A stretch of 64,000 bases of DNA from Felis catus. Taxonomy: Eukaryota. The position numbers and the translations under genes are program-made. The notes below the pieces were generated by a model. It was not told where the DNA came from, made no database searches, and saw only the letters and a program-made list of their open reading frames with translations. Position 1 is the first letter of the stretch, and each line of letters begins with the position of its first letter. Positions 52,277 through 63,918 of the stretch are shown here, one piece after another. The stretch is from the NCBI RefSeq assembly GCF_018350175.1, contig NC_058369.1, positions 27,964,001 through 28,028,000 of the forward strand, read 5' to 3'.

Positions 52277-52420
52277 ATGAATTGCCTTGTGACAGTCAAG
52301 CTAACAATATCAACAAAGTGGAAGCCTTTATCTTTATTTAAGGACTTCCATCGAAAGTCTGAAAGTGATGAGTCACAGGAATCTACTCGTGAAGCCATGG
52401 CTACACAGTATGTTAGCTAA
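52277..52420 (-). other. Candidate exon containing a strong-Kozak ATG (52398) open to a GTAAGT donor
   Basis: Long pyrimidine tract then ggcaag acceptor; gccATGG; 40 sense codons; cat|gtaagt donor. Product not recognised. Confidence 0.25.
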
Positions 52421-52778
52421 CTTGCCAAAAATTTAAAAAAAAGAGAGAGAAACTAAAGAAAATATAACTTTAGGCACATGAAATGTCAAATGTAACAACT
52501 TGAACAAACTCTACTTTGTTTTTGTCAATGTTTTGAAGGATACATTAACAAAAGTAAGATATCATTAACAATGTCAAAAAGTTACAACCCATGAGTTATC
52601 ATTACAGGGGTCTGCCACCCCACCCTTCCTTGAAATATACCTTTGAGTTAAATCACAGAATGAGAGAAGTATATCTCTAATGCAAGGAGTATGTGTGGAT
52701 AGATATTTATAAATATATATGATATTTATATAGGATATGTTTATGTGTATTTATAAATGAGGACATCTTCATGGTGAC

Positions 52779-52960
52779 TGTGATGGTTCTTTAATATGTT
52801 AACTTGGCTAGACTGAACCACAGTCCCAAGTCATTCAATCAAACATTAATCAAGATGTTGTGAGCAGATTTTACAGATATAGTTAAAGTTTCTAATGAGT
52901 TGAGTTTCATTTTGGGAGACTGTCCTGGGTGGGCCTGATTTAACCAGCTTTTAAGACAGG
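52779..52960 (+). mobile_element. ERVL LTR 5' part (MLT2-like)
   Basis: 'tgtgatggttctttaatatgttaacttggctagactg...tcattcaatcaaacattaatcaagatgttg...ctgggtgggcctgatttaaccag'. Confidence 0.75.
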
Positions 52961-52984
52961 ACTTAGGATATCTCCTATTTGATG

Positions 52985-53319
52985 ATGGATCTGAGCTGAG
53001 ACTTTGGTTGGGGTTGTCATCTAAAATGCTTGTATCCCATGGTCATCTTCTATCACATGCCTAGGGTTCCCTCATCACACGGTGATTGGATTCCAGGGGA
53101 CTGCATCCCAAGATGGGGAGGAGACAGAGCAGAGGGATGGAAAGAGAGCACGTGCCCACGTTGGGTGCATTCTACTCATAGAGGTAGTCACAAAGTCCCG
53201 CCTAGGTACAAGAGAAAAGTAAACAGACTCTACATCTTAAGAGCCTAGCAAGATTCTGGAAGAACATGTGAGACTGGAAATACAGTTGTGGCCATTTCTG
53301 GAAAACATAACATGCCACA
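52985..53319 (-). mobile_element. MaLR LTR (MLT1G-like)
   Basis: 'ttctggaagaacatgtgagactggaaatacagttgtggccatttctggaaaacataacatgccaca' is the reverse complement of an MLT1G-type 5' end. Confidence 0.7.
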
Positions 53320-54698
53320 GTGTTCTGTGGAGATTTTTCTGTAGGATCCCTGATCATTTCCCTAATCACTTCTAGAAGCTTTGAAAAATCTAGCTAAATT
53401 AACTATATTAGAGTAGGGAGGGATACAAGCTGCAAATATTTTTTCTCTCAAACAAATGTGGTTTTGTTATGATTTTTATGTATCTATCTCTTTTCTAAGT
53501 CCCTTGATGGTATGCTTGTTTTATTGAATAGAAATAAATTTTCAAATGAGGTACTTATAAAGGATGTTTTCAATATTAGTACATATCAGCTAAGTAATTT
53601 ACTATAATTCTCACAGCACCCAATCTTGCTCTCAAATAAAAAGATATTTCCAACTTTAAATGTATTTTGTTTTGAGTTTTCCTTCTAACTACGAGGCTAA
53701 TCTACTATGGAAACAATAATGAAAATGTTATTTAAAAATCAGACAGAAAAGCAACAGGGAAAGTTGGTGTTTGGTATTTAAATTACATTTTTATATCAAT
53801 AGGCTTAGAATGCTATGGAGATATATCATTTCATTTAGTTTTCTTTCATTTTAATGTCACCAAAAGGTCAAGGGATAATCCAGAGATCAATTCACCATCC
53901 AATGCACATTGCTTCCCCCACCCCCGCCACCACCAGTTTGGGAATATAAATTCAAATGTTAAGATGGTCTTTACCCAAGTTCTTCCAAAGAAACCTAAAG
54001 GCTTCAGATATTTCCATATCTACACAAGCAGAGAAGGCATTACTTCAAACAAATGCTGTACAAATTAGCCTGGTGACTCTTCTCTTATCTTTTAATACTT
54101 TCATATCAGCAGGATAGGAGATTAACTCCAATCAGGGGGAGCAGATTTCTACTTTTGCTTCTAACACAGGAAAACCTTCTTGATTTAGCGAGTCCTTTCA
54201 ACAGTGAACTCAGCCAAGTCATCTTTAAAATGGGGACATGTCACCTGCCTACCCAATGACAAGGTTATTGTGAAGATCCAGGAAAATTTCATTTAGTTCC
54301 TGCCACATTAGGGTGATAACAGCATAACATACATGACTGTTATTGGGATCGATTTCGACACTTAGAAACCTATTTAGAATACATATTAATGGTTTAATAA
54401 ATTTTATCAGGTGTTTGTCACACTGCTTAATTTCCTTTAAGAAGTTAAGGGGATCCAGTGAGGAAATAAATGACCCACTGCCTCATCAACTGTCAAGTGC
54501 TACATATCTATGGTGTGTGAGAGAAGAGAGAAAAGGAGTACTGAAGGAAAAGGAAGAGAAGGGATACATAGTTTTGTCTCAGAACACTGCCATCTTGTTA
54601 AGTGGAGGAAAACAGCACTCTTTATCAGCAATAGCTTGGTTCCCATCCTGCCTCTCATTTACTAGTACTCCAACCCTGGGAAAGTTACAAAAGCCCTG

Positions 54699-55205
54699 GG
54701 TATCAGTTATCTATTGCTATTTAACAAACTATACTCAAAATCCAGGGGCTTAAAACAACCATAAACAATTACTTCACAGGTTCTGTAGGTCAAGAATTTT
54801 GGAAGTAGCATAGATCAATGGTTCTGGCTCAGGGTCTTTCTGGAGGTAGGACTCAGACATTGTTTCATGTCTGAAACAATCTGTAGGCTTGACTGGGGCT
54901 GGAAGATCCACTTTAAAGTTGACTCACAAGGCTGAGAAGGTGGTAGTGGCCATTGGAAGACCTCACTATTTGTCACATGGACCTCTCCATAGGATGGCTT
55001 AAATGTTCTCATAATATGGTGACGAGCTTCCTCCAAAATGAGTAAGCTTTTTATGACCTAGTTTCAGAAGTCACACAATGTTGCTTTCACTGTACTATAG
55101 TGGTCAAAGAGGTCAACCTGATACATCGTGAGTAAGGGCTTCACATGGGGGTGAATACAAAAAGGTGAGGGTCATAGGAGGCCATCTTGGAGGCTGGTTA
55201 CCACT
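54699..55205 (-). mobile_element. MaLR solo LTR (MLT1F-like) inserted in a MIR
   Basis: 'gtatcagttatctattgct...ggcttaaaacaac...gaggccatcttggaggctggttaccac'; MIR halves flank it (about 54650-54698 and 55206-55325). Confidence 0.85.
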
Positions 55206-55399
55206 AAGCTCCTGACCCAGCATCTGTAAAATGATGTGATAATGGCCTCACCTCACAAAGTTGGTAGAAAGTCTAAAGAACACCATCCAAAGTGCCTAAT
55301 ATCCAATACTTGATCAATGAATGCCAGGGCTCCTCATTCATTCTATGTGCTTTCTTGGTTCCAGCACTATGTGAGTATGTATATGTGGGTATGTGTGTA

Positions 55400-55870
55400 T
55401 ATACCTGAACCCCTTTGGATCCCTGATATTCTTCTAAGAATGTTTTTAATTAAAAAGTATTATACAGAATACTAGTTAAGCTGAAATACAGCTATCAGAA
55501 TATTTTAAAACAGATTTGTGATAGAACAACTTGTGTTTATTTATTAAGACACTAAATAATGAATCCTAATAGCAGGTCTAATAGCTCTTTTCAAAGGAGT
55601 AATAAGCCAAATGATATTTTGAGTTATTTGCAATAACTATAAAATGATTAAGCAATACCCACTAGTTCTTTTGGTGACAACATCAAAGCAGTGCCAATGT
55701 TACTCTGGTTTTATGCCTACATTCATATTTGAAAGAAATGCTAAATTTCAGCTAGAGGTTAGTGTAAATGAAGACGTAATGTTTTTTCCTATCTAAATTC
55801 AAAGATCTCATGAACATTCTCCACGGACCCAGTGGCAGTCACTGGACCCTGGACCAAACTCCTAACTGCC
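55400..55870. mobile_element. hAT-Charlie element (MER113-like)
   Basis: 'gcctacattcatatttgaaagaaatgctaaatttcagctagaggttagtgtaaatgaagacgtaa...ccacggaccc' matches recalled MER113. Confidence 0.75.
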
Positions 55871-57020
55871 CTTATACTTGAAAAGAAAGGAGGAGGGAGG
55901 GGATAAGAAAGGTATTTCTAACATTTAATATCCTCTACAAATAAAATAATTCTGTTCCTATTAAACTTCCTACTATATGTAGGAATATCTAATGTCTTCC
56001 GTGCATTCTCATTTCAACATGATCACCCCTTGAATTGGACACATACCTGTATAATGCTTTCATTTAAATGGATTTTAATGAATCTTTAGACCTAGATAAA
56101 TGGATTTACAGAAGTGGTACATTAAAAGGCCATTTTAAGTTTTGGATCCAAAGGACCTTTAATTTATAGCTACAGAAAATATCCATTCTATGGCTCAAAG
56201 ATCCTTGTGGATTATAAAAGAGGAAACGACTAACAGAAAAGGAATTATTCACCACATTATTAAACATGACAAAAAGCTTCTGAATTGGAGCTTAAAATGG
56301 GCTATTTAAGATTCCAGCAATCCCTGGGACTTTGGCAACAAAAATGTTCAAAAGCCTTTTATAGTTGCTGTCAGATTTCTGTAAAGCATTTGAGATTCCT
56401 GTGAACTTATTTATATAACAAGCTAAAACCTGAAGCCGACTTGAAAGTCTTTCTATTCTAATTATGTAGAATTGGAAATGCCTAGAAATGATGTTCAGTG
56501 TTCTCCCAAGAATATCCTCCTGAAATGGCGGTTTCAGAACTGGGTGTTTAGAACAAGGAATAAGAGTGTAGCTGCTCTGGCTTATTATAAGGAGCAGTTA
56601 CAGCAGATACACAAACTATAGTTTGGTAAAGTGGTTTCAAAGAACTGCCATTTAGCAATTCTCTCTGCAGCGGCACATTCTCAATGGCTGCTCATATTGT
56701 TCCCTCCTGGCCTGCTATAGTGGTTTATTTCTGAAGCTTGATAGTTCATGTGTAATCATGGAGCAAAATAATTCAGGAGATAATGACCCACCAGGATATC
56801 AGCTGATTGAGGTTCTTATCACAATACTATTGCTGACGCTCTGTGTGGCTGTCTAAGCGTACTCTTTAACCTCTTACGCTTCAGTATAGCAGGGTGACAT
56901 CTGCCCCACTGTGCTCACAAGGTATGGCAGGAGGAAAGAGGCAGGGCATACCACAAGCTAGGAATACTCAGGACATACTCCAAAGAAAAATAATACAGGT
57001 TTGGGGGGAGGGTCCTACCC

Positions 57021-57653
57021 TTGGTAGTTTCTAAAACAGTATCTACAGATTCCACCTTCTGAGATTCACACCCTTGTATAATCTCCCCACCTTCTGAGTG
57101 TGGGCTTCCCTGGCAGAGGAGACACAGGGGTGGGAAGAAGGGGTGGGGCATCGAAAAGGCCTGTTGCACTAAGAACTTCTGAGTCTTAGCAGTCTGCTCC
57201 AGGGGCTTCTGGGCGTTGAAGGAGCGCAAACAGGTATAAATGCCTGAAGACACAGATAAATTCCCCACTTCCTGATGTGAAGTTAGCTCTGACTTGATCC
57301 TGGGGTTCCTGCAGATGTAATTAAGAATACTGAGATGAAATAATCTTGGATTTAGGGTGAGGCTTAATCTAATGAATGGTATTTTCAGAAGAGAACGGGA
57401 GGGGGAATGTGGACACAGAGACAAGGAGCAGAAGACAGAGACAGTGAGTGGAGTTAGGGTGCCACAAGCCAAGGTACACCAGAAGCCACCAGAACCTCAA
57501 AGGAGCAAAGACGGATTCTCCCCTAAAGTCTTCGGAGGGCATGAGACCCTGCTCACACCTTGATTTTAGCCTCCAGAACTATGAGAGAGTAAAGTCCTGA
57601 TGCTTTAAACCATGAAGTTTTTGATAGTTATGGAAGCCTTAGGGAACTAATAC
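57021..57653 (+). mobile_element. MaLR LTR sequence (MLT1-like 5' piece at about 57021-57110, MLT1C-like 3' piece at about 57305-57653)
   Basis: 'cacacccttgtataatctcccc...tgagtgtggg'; 'gccacaagccaagg...gattctcccctaaag...gcctccagaactatgagag...gggaactaataca'. Confidence 0.8.
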
Positions 57654-60600
57654 AAGCCCTGCACAACGTCAATGCCCACCAGAGAGGACAGCCACTACTT
57701 GAAGCTGTCATGCCTGTCTCCCCAGGTCAGCCACTATTTTGGTCAAGTTAGGACCTAGGTGGTAATGACTGGCCATAAGAACAAGGGCTGTAACAGTAAT
57801 CCAAACACTAACTTCACCTCCAAAACAAAATACCTCAAAGTCAATGTTACCCAAACAAAAACAACATTTTGTTTATGAAGTTAGTGTGAAAAATGTACTT
57901 AGAAAGAGTGAGCGTAAACCCAGATGAATAGTACACTACAGTGGAGTATCATCTCCAGATTAGTATAGTGCTAGGCATGAAGCAGACCCTCAACCAGTCA
58001 AAGAGTCCTTTCTGCTTCAGACACAAAAGTCAGGGAGCCTGAGAAAATCAGGTGGCTCACCCTAACTTAGATGTCAGCTGCTGTTCACTACTCTGGAGCT
58101 TTCTTTCCACCCCCCCCCCTTAACTTTTAAAATCAAACCTTTATAATAGGTTCTGCCCTAAGAAAACCTGAGAAGACAATTTAAGGGCATATGTTACTCA
58201 GGACAAAATGGCGTGGCTCCAGCAAGGTCATTCTATCTGTGACTTGATAATTAGATGTAATTAAGATGCTGGCCAGGACTCCTCACACCATAGCAATCAT
58301 AAATACCGACTGGTGAAGGCAGGCTATCAAAGGATGAATACTGAACGCTATCAGTAAATATATCAAAAGCCTCATGCAAAGCTTTACAATGCAGAAAAAA
58401 AAAGTGTGCAACTCTGTTAAATTGCTTTCTCTTATGTAGGTGTCAAATAAAATTAAAAGTGCTTTTTTTGTTTTTTTTTCTTATTGGCTATTTTTCAAAT
58501 GACTATTATTACATCTTGATAGTCAATTAAAACATTCACCAAACTAGAAGTCTGCTCAAGTATATATGTATAAACAAGCATAAATATATTATAAACTATT
58601 GAATTGAAACATTAAAACATTCTCCATAGCAACCCTAAATCAAAGTGATATTTCATTGTGGTTCCCCTGATGCCAATACATATAGCCCATTAAACCCACA
58701 GCTTTCAAGGCATAAAAATGCCTTTGAAAACATAAGTAATCCAGAGATGATGTTCAAATACACTATATTATACATCTTTTTTTAAGGTATTATTTCTTTC
58801 CCAAGATTACATTTCTATGAGAAAATAGTCTCAATACGATATTAGATCATTAGTTGTAACAGTGGGAAGAGAAATTTTGACCTTGCAAATTCCAATTATT
58901 GGGGTTTCTATGCCCATAATAATAGATAACCTATGTCTAATTTGCACTTTTACCAAAAAGCTCAAGTCAAAGACCAGAGAATTTATAAATTATGAAAGTT
59001 AAGGAGGAAAGACACAACATGAAAAAAGGACAAAGATCGTAGTCTTTTACTTCAAAGCCACTAGTCTCCATAGAAATAAAGCAAGCACACACTGTACCCT
59101 CCTTCTCTGACAGCAGACAATGCTTAATAAATGTCTGTTAATTCAGAAAGAGGTGAGGAATAGATCTCAAAGTCACCCAACTATATGGTTTCTTTCCAAT
59201 ATTATAGGGCATAAGGGAAGACAGTAAAATATGCCTGCTATTTGGCATTGGGAATGTGGTAGCCCCATGTTTAATGCCATGAAAACCATCCTGGGAGAAT
59301 GTACTTCTCAGCTCCCTTAGGGAAAATCAACAGTGAGCACCAGACTGAGCCACGTTAGATGAAGAGTGATGGGGGGGTTAAGGGTTCACGAGATATGCTT
59401 AAAAGTTCAAAAAACGGGCTTTCAGACCACAAAGTTTCACATGAATTAAGACCTATTGTGTGTTAAGTTCCATCAACATGTGATGCAAACAAACAAAATT
59501 AGTTCAGAATGTGAACTATGCCTCAGATGATACCACAGAATTCACAAGAAGGTAAAACCACACCAAATTACACTTCAAAAAGCAATCTCAGCAATACATT
59601 CTACCCTGAAACTGCCAATTCCCTTCCAACCAACATTCATTGTGAGTCCTTTTCAACAGCTTTCCATGAGCAAAGCAAATCATACCTTCAGAGGCACAAG
59701 AGGTAATCAAAAGTAAGAAATACAAGGACAATTTGGGGTCTCTGCCTTTGTCACTGTTGAAAAGAAACGCTATCAAGTTCCATGCTTTAAAATAACCCAT
59801 GCAAAACATGCTTGATGAAAACAGATAAATAACATAACAGATGCACTCTTGCATGTCTGAGTATACTTTTGAGATGCCGAAATGCATTTGATGCACTGAA
59901 ACATGAAACCATCAAATTCTACAGCTGGAAGGACTCTCTGTGCTTCATCACTGCAAAGCCCTCCGGAGAAGCCTCAGTTCCAGCAGACATGAAGAACACA
60001 ATCAAGGTCACAAGTTAGTTGGCAACAGAAGGTGGATCAGAATACATGATGTAATTTCATTGTACCACACTTCAGATTCTAAGTACCAATGGGCATGAAT
60101 ACAGAAACAATGTCTATAGTCATATGCTGTGCCTGAAATAACAATTACAAAAATAAACCTACTGCCCCAGTTAAATTGTTTACCTGTGTGTGTTTTTCTC
60201 CCTAAAGAACATTTTTGTTACTGCAGATTCCTCATGTTGCCCATTTGTGGCCACACCCATTCCTTCCTGTCCCACTTCCCTACCCACCCTCAATCACTGG
60301 CAATGACTAATCTGTTCTCCCTTCTACACTTTTGTCATTTTAAGAATGTCATATAAACAGAATCACACAAAATGTAACCTTGTGAAATTGGCTTGTTTTC
60401 AGTCAGCATAACTCTCTGGAAATTGATGCAGGATTTTGTGGGTACCAACAGTTCTTTCGAATGCTAAATAATCTCCATCACGTAAAGCACCTCATTTCAT
60501 ATAACCACTCACCTGCTGAAGGACATCTAGGCTTTTAATTTTTTTGTGGCTATTATGAGTAAAGCTGCTGTAAATATTCAAGTATAGGTTTCTGTGTAGA

Positions 60601-62091
60601 TCTAAGTTTACGTTTCTCTGGGTTAAATGCCCCAGAGTGAGAATGTATGGATGTACGGTAGTTGTAGGTTTAGTTTTTAAGAAACTACTAAACTGTTCTC
60701 CAGAGTGATTGTGCCATGTCACATTCTCACTAGCAATGGTGAAGAAATTTAATTCAACAGAGGAAGGGTAGATTTTTCAGCAAGTTCTGCTGGAGCATTT
60801 GGACATTCATAGCCTCCCCCCAGCCAAAGAACCTTGACCTAAACTTCACAACTTGTAAAATATTAATTCAAAATGGATGATGTGACTCTTTTTCTCCATA
60901 TCCTTGCCAGCATTTAGTGTTGACACTTTTAGTCATTCTGATATGTATGCAGAAATATTTCCTGGTGGATTTAATTTGCATTTTCATTTTGGCTAAAAAT
61001 GTAGAACATCTTTTCATGTGACTATTTGAAGAAATGTCTTATCCCTATCTTGTGCCCATTCTCTGATTGGATTGTCCGCCATTTTTTTTTTCCTGTTGAG
61101 TTTTGAGAGCTCATTTAAATTTGAGGTGATAGTCCTGTGTTGGATGATCTATGTGGCTTGCAAATGTTTTCTCCAAGTTTGTGACTCATCTTTTCAGCCT
61201 CTTAACAGAATGTTTCACATAGAAAGAGTTTTAAATTTTGATCGAGTAGAGCTTATTGATTTTTCCTTTCTGGCTTATACTTTTTGTGTCAAGTCTAACA
61301 ACTCTGTCTAGACACAGATTCCAAAGATTTTCTTCTTTTTTTTCCCTAAAAGTTTCATAGTTTTACATTTAAGTCCTTGACACATGGGAATTAATTTTTG
61401 TTCGATATGTGAGATTTAGGTCAAGATTTTTTTTTTTTTGCTTATAAATATCCAGATAAACTGATCCCTACCTCTTTGTTCTTTTCCAAAATTGTTTTAG
61501 CTATCTTATTTCCTCTGCCTTTACGTTACATTTCATAATAATCTTGTCTATATCTACAAAAAAATCTTGCAGGGATTTTTATAGGAATTACATTAAATCT
61601 GTGTATCTATTGGGAAGAATTGATAACTTTACTATGCTGAGTGTTCTAATACGTGAAAACAGTAGGTTCTTCCATTTACCTAGATATTTGATTTCTTTCA
61701 TCAGCATTCTGTAGTTTTACTATGATGAGTCTCCTAATACGTGAAAACAGTAGGTCTTTCCACTTATCTAGATACTTGATTTATTTCATTTTATAGTTTT
61801 CAACATATAAATCCTGTACATATTCTGATATATTCACCTCCAAGCATTTCATTTTTTTGAGTGCTTGCTAATAGTACTGCATTTTTAATTTGGTGGCCAC
61901 AGGCCCATTGCTAGTATAAAGAAATACAACTAATGTGGGTATGCTGATCTCATATTTCACAAAATTGTTGAACTCCTCCATTATTTCTGGGAGTTTTTTT
62001 GGTTGGGGAGGAGGATTGGGGTAGATTCCTTAGGGCTTTCTATGTAGACAATCAATTCATCTACAAATAAAGACATTTTTTATTTCTTTTT

Positions 62092-62316
62092 CTTTTTTTT
62101 TTAATTTTTTTTTCAACGTTTATTAATTTTTGGGACAGAGAGAGACAGAGCATGAACGGGGGAGGGGCAGAGAGAGAGGGAGACACAGAATCGGAAACAG
62201 GCTCTAGGCTCTGAGCCATCAGCCCAGAGCCCGACGCGGGGCTCGAACTCACGGACCGCGAGATCGTGACCTGGCTGAAGTCGGACGCTTAACCGGTTGC
62301 GCCACCCAGGCGCCCC
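62092..62316 (-). mobile_element. Young felid Can-SINE (SINEC_Fc-like)
   Basis: Intact CpG-rich reverse copy; TSD ttttatttcttttt. Confidence 0.97.
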
Positions 62317-62719
62317 TTTTATTTCTTTTTCAATTTATCTATTCCTTTTATTTCTTCTTCTTGCCTTACTGTGCTGTTTAGATCCTCTAATACCATACTG
62401 AATACTAGGCTGCACAGTGGGAGACTGGCCACTTGTGTCTTATTCCAGTCTTAAGGAGAAGGCATTCTGTCTTTCACCATCAAGTATGATGTTACCTGTA
62501 TATTTTTTATAGACATTCTTTATGAAATTAAGATAGTTCCCTTCTTTTGCTAGTATTCTAAGGGTTATTATCATGAATAGGTATTGAATTTTGTCATATG
62601 CTTTTTCTGTAGGAATTGATAATATCATGTGATTTTTCATCTTTACCCTATTAACATGCTAGATTACATCATTTCATTTACAAATAAACTCCACTTGGTC
62701 ACTGTTCAGAATCCTTTTT

Positions 62720-62763
62720 CTTTTTATTTATTTTTTATTTATTTTTTTAGCATTTATTCATTT

Positions 62764-62794
<31 letters not shown>

Positions 62795-62962
62795 AGCATG
62801 AGCAGGGGAGGGGCAGAGAGAGAGGGAGACACTGAATACGAAGCAGGTTCCAGGCTCTGAGCTGTCAGCACAGAGCCCACCATGGGGCTCGAACTCAAGA
62901 ACCATGAGATCATGACCTGAGCTGAAATCGGACATTTAACCAACTGAGCCACCCAGGCACCC
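62720..62962 (-). mobile_element. Can-SINE
   Basis: Reverse SINE with (GA)n tract. Confidence 0.93.
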
Positions 62963-63698
62963 TCTCTTTTTTTTTTTAAATCTGTGCATTCTATTTGCTA
63001 ATATTTCACTAAAAATCTTTACATCTGTATTTATGAAGGATGTTGGTCTGCAGTTTTCTTTCCTCTATTGTTTTGGTATTGAGCAATACCAGCTTCATAA
63101 AATGAATAAATAAAGGAACAGCCTTCCTTCATCTGAGAATGTTTTCCTTGCCCCCTTATTCCTGAAGAATATTTTCATGAGACATAGAATTCTAGGTTGG
63201 TAATTCTTTCTTTTCAGTGCCTGGTACCACTTCTCCATGGCTGGATGAATGTGGCCTTGTCACAGATGAGTAGTGGTGAGGATCCTAACTCTCCATTAGG
63301 CCTCCTCTGATGCCATTCCCTCGAGGAGGAAAGGAGCACTTCTTTATTGCTTGTGGGTAGAAATCCAGGCTCCCCACTTGGAGTCATTACCACAAGTGGC
63401 TATGAAAGCCCTAGCTCCATACTTGGCCTTCTCCGACACTAATCTGGTAAGGAAGTTGGAATGTTTCAGTAGAGCACAGTGAGGGTACAAGTTTAGGCTC
63501 CCTACTTGACCTCTGCTGCCGGAAGTGGAGTGGGACTACAGTGTGGGCTTGTTTTTTGTTTGTATGTGGAGTTTGGCCGGAGTAGAGCAGATACTGTCTA
63601 GAAGTTACCTGTATTGCTAAACTTCTCCTTTGTTAATCCTTTGGCTAGAGAGAACAGATTTTTGTTAGGACTTTTTTTGGTCTGTGCCTTTGGTGTTT

Positions 63699-63918
63699 TT
63701 TTTTTTTTAATTTTTTTTAACGTTTATTTATTTTTGAGACAGAGAGAGACAGAGCATGAATGGGGGAGGGTCAGAGAGAGGGAGACACAGAATCTGAAAC
63801 TGGCTCCAGGCTCTGAGCTGTCAGCACAGAGCCCGACGCGGGGCTCGAACTCACGGACCGCGAGATCATGACCTGAGCCAAAGTCGGCTGCTTAACCGAC
63901 TGAGCCACCCAGGCGCCC
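63699..63918 (-). mobile_element. Young Can-SINE
   Basis: Perfect 16-bp TSD tgtgcctttggtgttt at 63683-63698 and 63921-63936. Confidence 0.97.

Larger units (their letters stand above)
60205..63230 (-). mobile_element. Old L1 (3' UTR through ORF2), antisense, degenerate
   Basis: Reverse-strand L1 motifs; ORF2 remnants (MKNHMILSI..EKAYDKIQ..FMI; WHNHSGEQF). Confidence 0.88.

Noticed and set aside
56915..57472. Longest ORF in the track (185 aa, minus strand)
   Set aside because: Lies antisense across MaLR LTR sequence, has a non-ATG start, and shows no recognisable domain
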